64,000 nucleotides of DNA. Source: Octopus sinensis (lineage: Eukaryota). Location: positions 102,114,001-102,178,000 of the forward strand of contig NC_043005.1 in assembly GCF_006345805.1 (NCBI RefSeq), in the 5' to 3' direction. Made by a program: the position numbers and the translations under genes. This document shows positions 1-11,740 of the stretch, in pieces (the first letter of the stretch is position 1; each line of letters starts with the position of its first letter). The notes beneath the pieces were generated by a model. That model made no database searches and had not been told where the DNA came from. It worked only from the letters and a program-made list of their open reading frames with translations.

Positions 1-396
1 ATAGTGGAGCAGCTGTTTTAAAAGAGAACAAGACAGTGTAGTGGAATTTCTTTTCATTCTGAACCGGAATGAGTGAATATTCTCTGTGTGCTGTTCGTTT
101 TAGAACGACGTAAAGTTTCTCTTGTGAATTATTCAAATATTGGTTCAATGTAACTGATATTTTTGTTAAGAATAGTTGTGGATTTATAAGGCTATATACA
201 GGTATCTTTTGAGTTTATGCCGATGTATTTGAGATAATAAATTAAAAAATAGAAATCCAAGGAGATAAAGAGGAAATAAAGGAGGAAAACGAAAGGAGCA
301 ATGAAAGACGAATGGTAATGATACTATCAAGAAGTCGGTAAACAGACTGCAGAATAAAAACTAGAAGTGACAATGGCTGCCTATGCCAAGAAGTCA

Positions 397-404
397 ATAT
401 ATAT

Positions 405-448
<44 letters not shown>

Positions 449-464
449 ATATTATATATATATA

Positions 465-539
<75 letters not shown>

Positions 540-571
540 ATGTGTGTGTGTGTGTGTGGTGTGTGTGTGTG
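397..571. repeat. (AT)n followed by (GT)n microsatellite
   Basis: Direct reading; explains the YI/CV-rich spurious ORFs 367-633. Confidence 0.95.
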
Positions 572-1010
572 TATATAATGGACTCATAATTTGTATGGGT
601 AACATGGGAAATAACTAAATGGTAAAAAAACAATTTTTAAACCATTGCATTGGAGCTATGTCAGTTATTATTTTTGAATGATGCGACACCTCATGAAATA
701 TGCAAAAAATAAACATACATATCTTAGTGTCTTATAGGTGAAAATAAACCTTCCGCCATATAACTGCTTCAGTTTCAACACCTAAAAAATCACCTACCGA
801 AGAAAAAGATCTCTAAAAGGGAAAACACATTTAAATTCTAATATAAGGAAGGTATTAATAAAATAAATATGTCTGTGGATACGTTGGTGCTCGAGATATC
901 ATATACCTGAGAATTTATTAACTGATAAAAGTATTGTTCAATTTATAAAAGGATTACTTTCATTGTTACTGGTTACTGACATGGCATAAAGTTTAATACG
1001 ATATATAAGC

Positions 1011-1049
<39 letters not shown>

Positions 1050-1212
1050 CGTAAAGTATAGAAGCCATCTTATCATGGCTAACCACATTGGGGAGTGGAT
1101 GTTACTGTAGCTTTATAGCCCCAAGAGATCTTTGTCTCTAGCTGGCTCTAAACACAATATCAGTATCCTTGGAGTATTTGCAAAGGGAGGCCGTCCCTTC
1201 CTCGCAAACCTG

Positions 1213-1270
1213 AGTGATACGCTCGAACTAGTTTCGGGATTGTTGTCCACGTCAACGGACGGTAACCACC
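1213..1270 (-). ncRNA. Variant type I hammerhead ribozyme-like motif (copy with 1-nt deletion in helix II)
   Basis: Minus strand CGTCCG-TTGACGT-GGA CAACAA TCC C-GAAA-CTAG-TT-CGAGCG; same motif as 7124-7182. Confidence 0.5.
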
Positions 1271-1284
1271 AGGTCGCGATGAAA
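1267..1284 (+). other. Target-site duplication, 3'-side copy (CACCAGGTCGCGATGAAA)
   Basis: Identical 18-mer at 6814-6831 flanking the LINE; empty site in reverse complement at 7110-7127. Confidence 0.92.
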
Positions 1285-1636
1285 TTTTCTTATTATGATC
1301 AATAGATCTAACATAGAATGGATACATTACAGGACAAAACAGTTACAAAAATGCTATGCGAGTTCGAATGAAATTTAAAAAATTACAAAATTAAAATTTT
1401 ATGTCACTTGAACGAAAACTGGTTACTTTGCCTTGTTGAAACGAAACCTTGGCTTACTTTTGCCTTTATCACGAGAACTTTTAGTGCGTATGTTTTCTTT
1501 TCATTTCTGTTTTTTTATTATTAATTCTTTATTTTAAACAGTTATGTACAGTGAAAGGTAATGGGGGAGTTCCAGTTTCAATTTTGAACCCGGCAGCCTA
1601 TAAATCCCAGCAGCCGATCCCTCCTTTCCTCGATGA

Positions 1637-4600
1637 TTAAGCTGGGCTACTCTCACCCACCTTTCTCATCACATCCTTCCAACGTTCCATATACTCTTTC
1701 TGTGGCAGGCTCCTCTTCTCCAACCCCATCTTGCTCTTCAGATGATATCCGAAGTATTTTAACAAACCGGGGCCAGAGATAAAGGACCCTTTCACTAGAC
1801 CTTCCACTCTAGTTCTCCATACACACTCTTTCAATACTGCCACCGTACAGTAAAAACAAGCCTACCTTCCTTTGAGAGTCCAGTTGGCGGTATCATCTTA
1901 ATCATAGATCCCCGACAGCTGTACTCGTCCCAGATGCGACAACACGTGTTCCACGTAACTTATCAGCCTGACAGCTCCCGACATTGTACAAAAGCGTGTT
2001 GAACGGTTTCATCGTCCAACCCACATCTTGGACACGTCGGTGGCACTGACATTCCGTGCCTGGATAACTTATCGCGAACAGGTAATGCATTCCTATAGCA
2101 CTGCCAGGTCAGGGATTTTTGGTAATTATCCAAATACCCCGGCCTGAAAGTCTTCTTAAACAGGTTGGAGAGTTGATCCTCATCGAACCCCAGAGCCCTT
2201 CCTAGGACGTCGTCATTTTTCCTCCTACCAGCCCTTTATAGAACACCGAGGTGGTATTCCCGCTGCCGGCCTTACCCATCTTGTGGATCAGCCAGAGTGC
2301 CTGTCGGCACTCCTTCTGCCATGAAGTCAGTTTACGTCCTTTAATGAGACCGGGTGTAAATCCCTCCATAGAGGCCGGTCGCGGGAAGAATTCCTCTGCC
2401 AGCGAACTCCACACCTTATCATCCTCCAGGTAACACCAGAGGTGTCTCAGCCTCAACGCATGCTTGCGCATCATTAGCCAAGGCATCCCCAGTCCACCCT
2501 TTAGCGGTTCCTGGCAACACACGGAGCGTCTCACAAGTGGCTTTCCTCCTTTCCACAAAAAGCGGAAAAGAAGTCGTTCCAACTTGTTTAACCACGAATC
2601 GGGCAAGGCACGACGGTCAGGCGGTAGGTGACGACAGAGGCTATAAACATCTGTGCCACCTCCGCCCTCCCTTTCAAGGAAAGATGCCTTCCGGACCACT
2701 TCCGTACTATGGCATCCACCTTGCTCGTTACCTCGCTCCAATTCTTCTCCGTCTGGGAGTCTGGACCAAACCATACTCCGAGCAATTTAACAGGACCATC
2801 CGTCCAGTGTCCAACACACTGGACGGTATCTGCTTGTTCCTCCAGGTGCCGAGGCGCAAACCGATGGACTTGTCCCTGTTAACTTTGCCCCTGCCACCGC
2901 TTCGTATCTATGGAGAGCACCTACTACCCGAGGTAGCTGTGTTCCGTTGGACACGATGAGGGTGACGTCATCCGCATAGGCAGAAACAGACTTACCGCAT
3001 CCGATTTCATTAGGGTTGCCTCCCAACTTCTCCAGCTTCCGCAGCAATGGCTCAAGAGCCAAAACATACAGGAGCGGGGACAAGGGGCACCCTTGTCGAA
3101 CTGAACGCTTGATCGAAAACGGCTCCGTTAGGTAACCGTTTATCTGGACTGTGGACTTGATGCCGCTGTACATAGCTGAGATCCACCCGCAGAAGCCAGG
3201 GCCCAGCCCAGCCGCTTCGAGAACCGCCGCCAAGTACCGATGGTCCACCCTATCAAACGCTTTACTTTGGTCTAAATGGACCAATGCCCCTCCTTTGCCG
3301 TCTAATTTCCCGACCCTATCTATAGTGTAGCGGAGAAGGTGAAGATTATCCTGGATCGACCTGCCTGGGATTGCACATGTCTGTGCCTTCCCGACAAGTT
3401 TCTTCACGACAGCCGTCAACCTTTTTGCTAACACCTTGGCCAAAATCTTAAACTCTACATTAAGTAGAGTTATGGGCCTGTAATTACTAATACTGTCCCC
3501 CTTGCTCGGGTCTTTCTGGACCAGCGTCACAACTCCCCGACTCACAGAGCTGGGAATCCTCCCATTCTGTTGCCAGTTTGCATAGACGCTTGCCAGTATG
3601 TCCCCGAACAAGTCCGGCATACAACAATAAAATTCATAGGGTAGACCATCCAATCCCGGTGACTTTTCCCCGGCGCACTCGGCCATAGCCCCTCTTACCT
3701 CTGCGGGAGAGATCGATCCTTCACAGCACTCCGCCTCACCTGCCGAGAGCCGAGGCCCACCAGCTAGGAAGTCCTTTAAGGTCTCCCCACGCTCGAGCGG
3801 GCCACCGCCCCCAAACAGCCGTGCGAAATGCTGGTGAAGGACCTTCTGCATCTCCTCCTGTCCATAGATCTTGCGGTCCTGCTCGTCAGTTAAGGACATA
3901 ATACAGACTTTTTGCCCTTCTGACTCTCCTCACGACGGGCCCATCCGGCAACGTTAATACCTTCTCGTTTTCCTGCACGTAACTTAGCTCTGACTCTACA
4001 CCCCTCGTGCTTGGCGTTGAGGTGACGGTACAATACCGCTCTCGCTGCCAACACTCCGGATGCACAGCCAGATTCCATAGCCTCGTCTAAGTTCTTAACT
4101 AATTCGCCCTCTATTCTAGTCCTATCTAAACTTAGCTGCTTGCTAAATCTAATGGACTCCAAACGGATGGCTCTTTTGAGGGCGAGCCACCATCTATTAT
4201 TAATGATGGTGCCACATAATGCCCTCTGTACTAATTCCTTAATCCGGGTACGGAAAGCTTCACAGGTCAAAATAGACTTGTTCATCTTCCAGTACCCGGG
4301 ACCTTGTCTATGGCATTTATCTACATGTACCTCACACGTTACAAGTTTGTGATCCGTGTAAGGCACAACAGAGAATTGTGGACAGCTAACACTATTCCTA
4401 TCTCGTTCCTTAACAAATACTCTATCTATGTACGATCTGAGTGAGCCGTCGTTATTAACTCCACGTCCACTGTGGAACGTTCGGCTCATCCAGTCGAAAA
4501 CGGTCTACTATTAAAGCTCGCTAGTAGAGCCTTGAGGCCAGGATTCCCCTTCCTATCGCTCGAGCCTACACCATCCACCCGCGCATCGAGAATGGTGTTG

Positions 4601-5016
4601 AAATCCCCTACCAAGACTACCGTTTTGGACGTCACTAGAAAGTGCTCCAGTTCCCGATAAAAACCCGTCTGCCCACGTCCGTTAGGAGCGTAGACAGCCA
4701 CCAACCTGAAGGACTGCTTACTCACGTGCGTCACATCTAGGACAACCAGCCTACCTTCTGGGTCCAAAAAGACAGTACTTACCTGTAAGTCCAAGTTCTT
4801 CCTGAAAAGAACTGCCACGCCTGCACCTCCCCCTCGGCTAGGAGAAATAAATTTCTCGTAACCATTGAGAAGTGGTGAGAACGCTTGGGGTCCCTTCATC
4901 TTGGACTCGGTAACAATAGCTACTTCGATTCTATGTGAAATGAGGTCGTCACGAAAACAAGCCTGTTTCTATTTCGATCCCATTCCACGCACATTTATAC
5001 AACCTAACTTAATCAT
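1637..5016 (-). pseudogene. Tx1-A ORF2 (endonuclease-reverse transcriptase-zinc finger), frameshifted
   Basis: ATG at 5016 reads MIKLGCINVRGMGSK then TAG (4969-4971; W in the second element). Fragments 4486-4899 (APE), 3890-4489 (SYIDRVF, YTDHK), 2787-3899 (RT), 2588-2785, 2202-2774; CPRCGLDDETVQHAFVQC near 1975-2030; 1637-1843. Confidence 0.92.
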
Positions 5017-5035
5017 CGAGAAAAAAGAAAATTAT

Positions 5036-6559
5036 TTACTCACGGTTGCGAGAGGGAGCCTGACAGATTCTTTCTGCCTGTCTCCCCCCCACTCGCCGTT
5101 GCTGTTGGGTGTTTCCCGGCGTTGCCACCGGGCTCTGGGTTGGTGTGGTGGCTGCCGGGCTAACGGGTAATTTCCCAGTTGTCACCTCCTGGGTGACATC
5201 CTTAATGAAGCCGGCTTTTACGTGGCTTTGTAAGGTTTTGTCTTTCCATCCATCTTCTTCTTCGCCGACCCTTCCATATCGCCACTCCGCTTCCTTCTCG
5301 GTCGCTTTGTAGCACCTGATCAGCGTACTTGCTTTCACCCATGTTTCTACTCTCACGTTCTTTGTGGTGTATGCAATAATTTTTTCGTTGGGTTTAAACC
5401 CTTTTACAGTTGGGGGGGGGGTTTTTTAAAGTGCTGGCCTATAAGTGTAGTACCGCCGGGGTGGGATTGGAGAATATTTTTAATTTGTTCGTCTGCGTTG
5501 TTTTTTTTTTTTGATACGGGTGGGGAGTCAGGGGTGATGGATTTTTTCCTTTTGTTGGACACGTTCGTAAATTCCATGTCTTCTTGTTTATTTGTTTTTG
5601 TTGCATTATTTTCCTCATCCTTTCCTTTCTCATTTTGCATTTCGTTCTTGTCTTCCTCCTTTTGGAGTTCGACCTGTTTATTTTTTCCTCCTTGTTTTCG
5701 CCAGCCGTTACTTTTTTCTCCACTTTGCTGCTTTCTGCGTTCTTCACAGCGTTTTTGGGGGGGGGGGGGCGTTGCCCGCATTATTTTTTTTTGTGCAAAC
5801 GGAGCGAACGTGGCCCTTTTGCCCGCACTTAAAACATCTGGCCTGCGTCCTTCCACCGAAACTCGTACGGAGTGCCCCTCCCCCACGAAGACTCTGTCTG
5901 GTAGGCTTTCCAACGTCGCATTTTCCGCCTGGATTATCATCTCCAGCTGCTGGCCTCTCCAGTGTTTTGCAATTTTTCTCTTCATACTTAAAATTGTCAA
6001 TTTTGATTCAACATCAAAAATGACCGCTGTTGCCGCCCACATCCACGTCGTAGCCCGTTGGTATATCTTCTAGGGTCACTTTTGCGGTTCTGCATCCTAA
6101 ATATAAGGGTAGCAGTATTATACTCTCGTTTTTCAACGTTTGAGTCGAAATTTGCCTTGCTACTTCCGCCGTTTCAAAATGCGCCTCCACTGTAGCGCTT
6201 CTTGCACCTCGGTTGACATGACTAACTTTACTCCATATTGGAGCCATACACTTTTCGACCATTTCGTTTTTCACGTCGGTCATTCGTTTTTCCTTGATAT
6301 TGTACACCCTGTAGGTGACCATTTTTTCCTTTATTGCTTGTATAGTTTCGGGGGGCGGTACCAATCGTGTTTCTTCGCCACTTTTTTGCACCAGCGATCT
6401 AAACTTGAATAATCTTTCCATTGATACCTCCATTTCTTCGACTTCGCCACCTACGGCGTCTGAAAAACTGGGTTTTGTCTGTGTTTCCTTTTGTTTAACA
6501 GTTGTTATACTTTCTCCCATCTCGGGAAAGTCTTTTTTTGAACTTAAGTCTAATTCCAT
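5036..6559 (-). pseudogene. Tx1-A ORF1 (gag-like nucleic-acid-binding protein), frameshifted
   Basis: ATG at 6559 (MELDL); fragments 6014-6571, 5404-6042, 5439-5747, 5036-5356; a 1-nt frameshift after VEGRRP reveals the CX2CX4HX4C knuckle CFKCGQKGHVRSVC at about 5795-5836. Confidence 0.85.
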
Positions 6560-6813
6560 ATTAGACAACACAAACTTGTCACAAATGACAAGAGAATTTT
6601 TTTTTTTTCCAAAAATAACCTATACAGGTTAAGAGTTCACACAAAACAGCACACAGAAATTTTCTACCCCGAAGGGCGAAAATTACTGGGTCAAAAACAG
6701 TTCAACAATGATATTACTTGTAACACGACAGAGTAGACAAACGGAAACGAACTCACACAACGATTTGCAGCAACAGAAAAATATTGGTATACGCCGAGGA
6801 AAAATTCAAAAAA

Positions 6814-6831
6814 CACCAGGTCGCGATGAAA
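6814..6831 (+). other. Target-site duplication, 5'-side copy (CACCAGGTCGCGATGAAA)
   Basis: Identical to 1267-1284. Confidence 0.92.
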
Positions 6832-7028
6832 GTGAAGGCTGCTTTGCAAACATATATAAGTTTTTCTAATGGCGTCTGCCACTGATGTCGAAAAACGAAC
6901 AGTAAGCATAATTAAATCTCAGAATGAGATTGAAACAGTAATCGCTCGATAATGTAAAGTATAGAAGCAATCTTATCATGGCTAACCACATTGGGGAGGG
7001 GGTGTTACTGTAGCTTTATAGCCCCAAG
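6832..7028 (-). mobile_element. Right part of the interrupted 357-bp repeat plus start of a second tandem unit
   Basis: 6954-7029 repeats 1051-1126; whole segment is the reverse complement of parts of 7029-7393. Confidence 0.85.
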
Positions 7029-7393
7029 ATTATGCTTACTGTTCGTTTTTCGACATCAGTGGCAGACGCCATTAGAAAAACTTATATATGTTTGCAAAGA
7101 GGCCTTCACTTTCATCGCGACCTGGTGGTTACCGCCCGTTGACGTGGGACAATAATCCCGAAACTAGTTCGAGCGTATCACCCAGGCTTGCGAGGAAGGG
7201 ATGGCCTCCCTTTGCAAATACTCCAAGGACACTGATATTGTGTCTAAAGCAAGCTAGAGACGAAGATCTCTTGGGGCTATAAAGCTACAGTAACACCCCC
7301 TCCCCAATGTGGTTAGCCCTGATAAGATGGCTTCTATACTTTACATTATCGAGCGATTACTGTTTCAATCTCATTCTGAGATTTAATTATGCT
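7029..7393 (+). mobile_element. Inverted complete copy of the 357-bp hammerhead repeat unit
   Basis: ATTATGCT at 7029 and 7386 (period 357); reverse complement of 1046-1284 plus 6832-7028. Confidence 0.88.
7124..7182 (+). ncRNA. Variant type I hammerhead ribozyme-like motif
   Basis: Helix I CGCCCG/CGAGCG (5 of 6 pairs, extendable GGTG..TA/TA..CACC); core TTGACGT in place of CTGANGA; helix II GGGA/TCCC; GAAA; palindromic AACTAGTT; predicted cut after GUU 7169. Confidence 0.6.
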
Positions 7394-7763
7394 ATATATA
7401 TTATATATATATATATATATATACATGCAGATTTAGATACTAAGGTTTACAGTCTCTGTGTTATTGGAAGTAATACATACACGCGGGCACATACATACAC
7501 ACACACAAGACACGCACACGCATACACACACACACATGTGTACACACAATGTACTAACGTCCACCGTGGTGGTACTTGATAGCAGAATTTTATTTGATGG
7601 CATGTACTTCTTACTTATGTTCAAAGTTTCCAGCTCGGTTCATTTGATATCGATTCGATGTATTTGCATTTGCATATGAGAAGCTGGTTTTTTAATGATT
7701 GGCCAACTAATTCTGATGTTTACTTTAATCTTGTGTTTCAGTGTCCAGGTATAATTAGCTGAT

Positions 7764-8000
7764 GAAGGCGGTGAGCTGGCAGAAACGTTAGCACGCCGGG
7801 CGAAATGCTTAGCGTTATTTCGTCTGCCGCTACGTTCTGAGTTTAAATTCCGCTGAGGTCGACTTTGCCTTTCATATTTTCGTGGTCGATTAAATAAGTA
7901 CCAGTTACGTACTGGAGTCGATATAATCGACGTAATCCGTTTGTCTGTCCTTGTTTGTCCCCTCTGTGTTTAGCCCCTTGTGGATAGTAAAGAAATAGGT
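7764..8000 (+). mobile_element. SINE (octopus OR-like family, tail type 1)
   Basis: Near-identical copies at 22140-22373, 59366-59600, 62017-62239 and 15227-15435; family name from recall only. Confidence 0.85.
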
Positions 8001-9924
8001 AACATTTGCTTATCATTTGTGGTAGCTATATGCTAGAATGGCTTTAGGATATATGTTGTATGTACTACTTTTTGGACTAATTTATTGCTCTAGTGTCGAT
8101 TCGATATTATTCTTATCTACGTCATGAAGTGATTTTTTTACGTTGTATCAGTTCTTTATAAACTAAACTTCCATTATATTAGCCAGTGTTACCATTGATT
8201 AACTTGAAGAGAGATCAAAGGTCAAACCTGTTATTGATTGCGATTATCCTAATGCTTATGTATGTATTTTTGCGTGTATTTGTATTTATGTGTGATATCG
8301 TTACGTATTTAAATTTATCTTTGATAATATAATTGCAATACTTTCTTCCGTTGCATCTATGACTAATCTTCGCTTGGTTTTAATAAAAATTGGTGACATT
8401 TTAAGAATGCTGGAAATGCTTATATTCTAAAACTCATATTTTTCTATGCTGGAAATGGCTTTCGATTTAGAAGGAGATATAAATCAGATAAGCCGATTAG
8501 CTCTAATTGCCGTGAATATAACTAGCATATCTTGCAGACAATATATTTTGTATGTAAAACCAGTTCTAAATCATCGCTATAAAGTTAAAATATAGAATGC
8601 AAAAGATGAGATGCCTGAAAATTATTCAATAGAATCAGTTCTTCTTCATTGGAATCAAGCGTACTTACGCACGCACGCACATGCGCGCAAACACATCCCC
8701 GCATGCACATACATACCGATAGCTTAGCCTTCGTTCAAAACCTCGTAAATGGATTAAGTATTAGAACTTTCAAGTTATCCTCTGACAAAGAGTTTTTATT
8801 GATGGCACCCATTTTAATAACGGACCACTGAGAAGAATAGACAACAGTAAAAATAAACAAAACAAAAAGATTTTATGATACGCCATAACTAGAATATACG
8901 TTTATCTACGTGCCATGATACATTTGAAATATTTCTAAATAATATGAATGGAACAGTGAAATCTAAAATATTTTCCCTTATATGGAGTAACTTGAACCCA
9001 TAAGGTTTCTACACGACAGAATCAAGATGTCGGTTATATGAAAAATATAATATTCTGAGAAATATAATTATTCTGGTGGAAACATGAAAATGAATGCAAA
9101 ATAATTTTGTCATCAGATATGAAAATTCATTTATTAAACAAGGATAACTAATTTTGTTATGCATACTTTGGATGCTGGTCTTTTAACGCGATTTAAGCAG
9201 GTTAGCTTCCCTTAGCAGAATTCTGTCGCTTTAACAGAACTTACGAGAAGTGATTCCTTAGTAGCAAAGTCATTTCACTCGCTACGCAAAATTCTAGCGT
9301 CCAAATTAACCACTCCTATTCAATATGAAATATTTTCGCCAGTGGCTTTCTTAAAACACATATAATGCTGCATATGAATATACATAATTGAATGTATATG
9401 CACACACATGCACAGAAACATGTGCATGTATATGCATACTTTTTCAACTTTTTTCATTGAAAAAGACAGAACACGTCTTAATATGCACGCATAACCAACT
9501 TTTATCCTTTTACATATTTCAATTCACGATTATATCAGTGTACATAAATCCCCTCACTAAACAAGGTTTTCGAAGCTTGTCTTTGTCTGTACACATATAT
9601 TCCCCTCCCATTACCGAAAGCTGAACAATTATCTCCCTTACCCACGACAATAACAATAATAACGATATCCAATTACATCGAGCAGTGCAGTGTGACCGAA
9701 CTGGCTACCTCGCCGTTGCTAACAGAAAGTCTTAACCACGTACTTATTGATCTAGGTGGGAAGTGAGCTCAGAAAGTAATGATACATCGACGCTGCGCTA
9801 TTTCTTCTGTGCATGCCGCTTTGAATTAGCGTCAATCTGAAAATATAGATCTCTAAGATATAAAACGGATTTGTAACGATTCTCTGTCTAGACTCCGATT
9901 AGACGACAACATATACGTATCGTT

Positions 9925-10126
9925 CTGGCAGAATCGTTAGCAAGCCGGGCAATATATTCAGGGGCATTTCACCCGTCTCTATGTTCTGGGTATAAATACC
10001 CACGTGGTTGGCTCTGCCACTCATCCTCTTAGGGTCGATAAAATAAGTACCATTTGAGTACTGGGGTCGATTTAATGCATGTACTTCCTCTCCCAAACAT
10101 GCTGGCCTTATGCCTAACTTGAAACC
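9925..10126 (+). mobile_element. Diverged SINE of the same head family, tail type 2
   Basis: CTGGCAGAATCGTTAGCAAGCCGGGC head and GGGTCGATAAAATAAGTACCA core. Confidence 0.7.
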
Positions 10127-11167
10127 AAGATGTTTGCTACCAATTATTCCATTTCATGCAGTTCGTTTTCTTATTCATATGGCCAAAATAATGATTCAGG
10201 CGGAGAGACATGAAATAATGATTCAAGGAAGAGAGACATGAAAAGAGAAAGTTAACAATGAAAGCTGCTAAGTGGTGAATTATTGTTAAGTTAAAGGGGA
10301 AGGTAGTGAAGCAGACAGGGAAGAAGAGAGAGACTGTCTTTAGTGAAGGGAATGTGGTATGGTTGAAGAGGGAGAGAGAGAGAGAAAGAAAGAGACAAAG
10401 AAAGAATGTTTGTGTTTACTCAAGGGAAAACATCATCGATGTTTCTATCGACATATAAAGATACATCGAGGGGTAGAAGAAAGAAAGATTGAGGTTTAGA
10501 TATATCAATGAAAAGATAAATGAAAATGAAATATAAGCATATAGCAGTGGATGTTACCTTTTCATTTGTACATGTGCCACCCCTGGTGATGAAAAAAGAA
10601 AAGAAAAAATCAAATTAGATATGATTTGAGGTGGGAAATAAAAAGACTATGGTGAGAATGTTGTGTTTGTAGTTGTTGTTGTTAGAACTTTAGGTACAAC
10701 AAGTACCAAGATCACGAAATGAAGTGAACAGGGGTAAATGTGAAGAAAAGAGCATCTTCCAATAACAGTGTTCCTTGTAACGTCATGAATCGCCAAGGCT
10801 TGCATTTTCATAACAAAAAGTGGGTGTCAGGAAAAATTTCTTGTGGGAAGGAAAATGCAATTATAAATAATTTCTGAATTGATTGATGCAGAAGGTGAAG
10901 GTGTCTCACACAACAGGTGTCCCACTTGACAGCAGAGTGGACCACGTGACAAAAACAGGTAAACACTGTCATTATGTAACGCTACGATCGGAGCTGGCCA
11001 ATAAATGAAGATTGGGTTCCAAAAGACAGTGAATAGGGAACACAAAAGGTACGCAATAATTGAAACTAGGGAGCAGAAGATTTTTGACCAGGGAACCACC
11101 CAAGAACAAGTCGGAACAATTCCTGACGACTGTCTTGAATTCTGGAACAAAATATCGCAGAGAAGCA

Positions 11168-11620
11168 TATGTATGCATGTACGTATGTATGTATGTATGT
11201 ATGTATGTATGTATGTATGTATGTATGTGTGTATGTATGTATGTATGTATGTATGTATGTATGTATGTAGGTGTGTATGTATGTATGTATGTGTGTATGT
11301 ATGTATGTATGTATGTATGTATGTATGTATGTATGAATGTATGTATGTATGTATGTATGTATGTATGTGTGTATGTATGTATGTATGTATGTATGTATGT
11401 AGGTGTGTATGTATGTATGTATGTATGTATGTATGTATGTATGCATGTATGTATGTATGTATGTATGTATGCATGTATGTATGTATGTAGGTATGTATGT
11501 ATGTATGTATGTATGTATGTATGTATGCATGTATGTATGTATGTATGCATGTATGTATATATGTATGTATGTATGTATCTATGTGTGTGTGTGTTTGTGT
11601 GTGCGCGTGTGCGCGTGTGT
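11168..11620. repeat. (TATG)n then (GT)n microsatellite
   Basis: Direct reading; source of the HTYI/MYVC ORFs. Confidence 0.95.
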
Positions 11621-11740
11621 TCCAGCACGGCCACAGGCTAAGCGCTGAAATTTATAAATGAATTAAAGAATATAAATAATGAGAGATAGAGGGATACATA
11701 GATAGACAGACTAATATATATATATATATATGTATATATA

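Larger units (their letters stand above)
1046..1284 (-). mobile_element. Left part of a 357-bp hammerhead-bearing repeat unit (retrozyme/PLE-pLTR-like), interrupted by the Tx1 insertion
   Basis: Reverse complement of ~7110-7348; the unit continues at 6832 after removal of the LINE and one TSD copy. Confidence 0.85.
1285..6813 (-). mobile_element. Full-length decayed Tx1-like (L1 clade) non-LTR retrotransposon, family A
   Basis: ~250-bp 5'UTR, ORF1 with CCHC knuckle, ORF2 with APE endonuclease, RT (QGCPLSP, YADD) and C-terminal CCHC; ~350-bp 3'UTR ending in AATAAGAAAA; 18-bp TSD. Confidence 0.93.

Noticed and set aside
367-633. Long ORFs over microsatellites (here and at 10.8-11.6, 16.2-17.3, 23.1-23.9, 28-31.7, 37.3-41.3, 45.0-45.9, 49.6-50.4 and 60.0-61.5 kb)
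   Set aside because: They are translations of (AT)n, (TATG)n, (TAGA)n, (ATT)n, (GAA)n and (CAC)n, open in several frames on both strands with no domain content.
1637-6559. Tx1-A as an intact active element with only homopolymer sequencing errors
   Set aside because: It has a TGG-to-TAG nonsense at ORF2 codon 16 and several frameshifts outside homopolymer runs.
6878-6905. CTGATGTCGAAAAACGAAC as a second, plus-strand hammerhead
   Set aside because: No GAAA, no closing helix II pair, and no NUH or helix I.
1046-7393. Inverted repeats flanking Tx1-A read as TIRs of a 6.3-kb DNA transposon
   Set aside because: The 18-bp TSD and the empty site show the LINE inserted into a pre-existing tandem/inverted 357-bp repeat; no transposase is present.
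7759-7795. CTGATGAAGGC...GAAACGTTAGC as a hammerhead
   Set aside because: CTGATGA is created by the SINE/flank junction; helices I and II do not pair.
10690-11165. Possible old Dong/R4 ORF relic (EQKIF...P..CLEFWNKI)
   Set aside because: Only a short weak resemblance with stops in the flanking frames; cannot be supported without a profile search.
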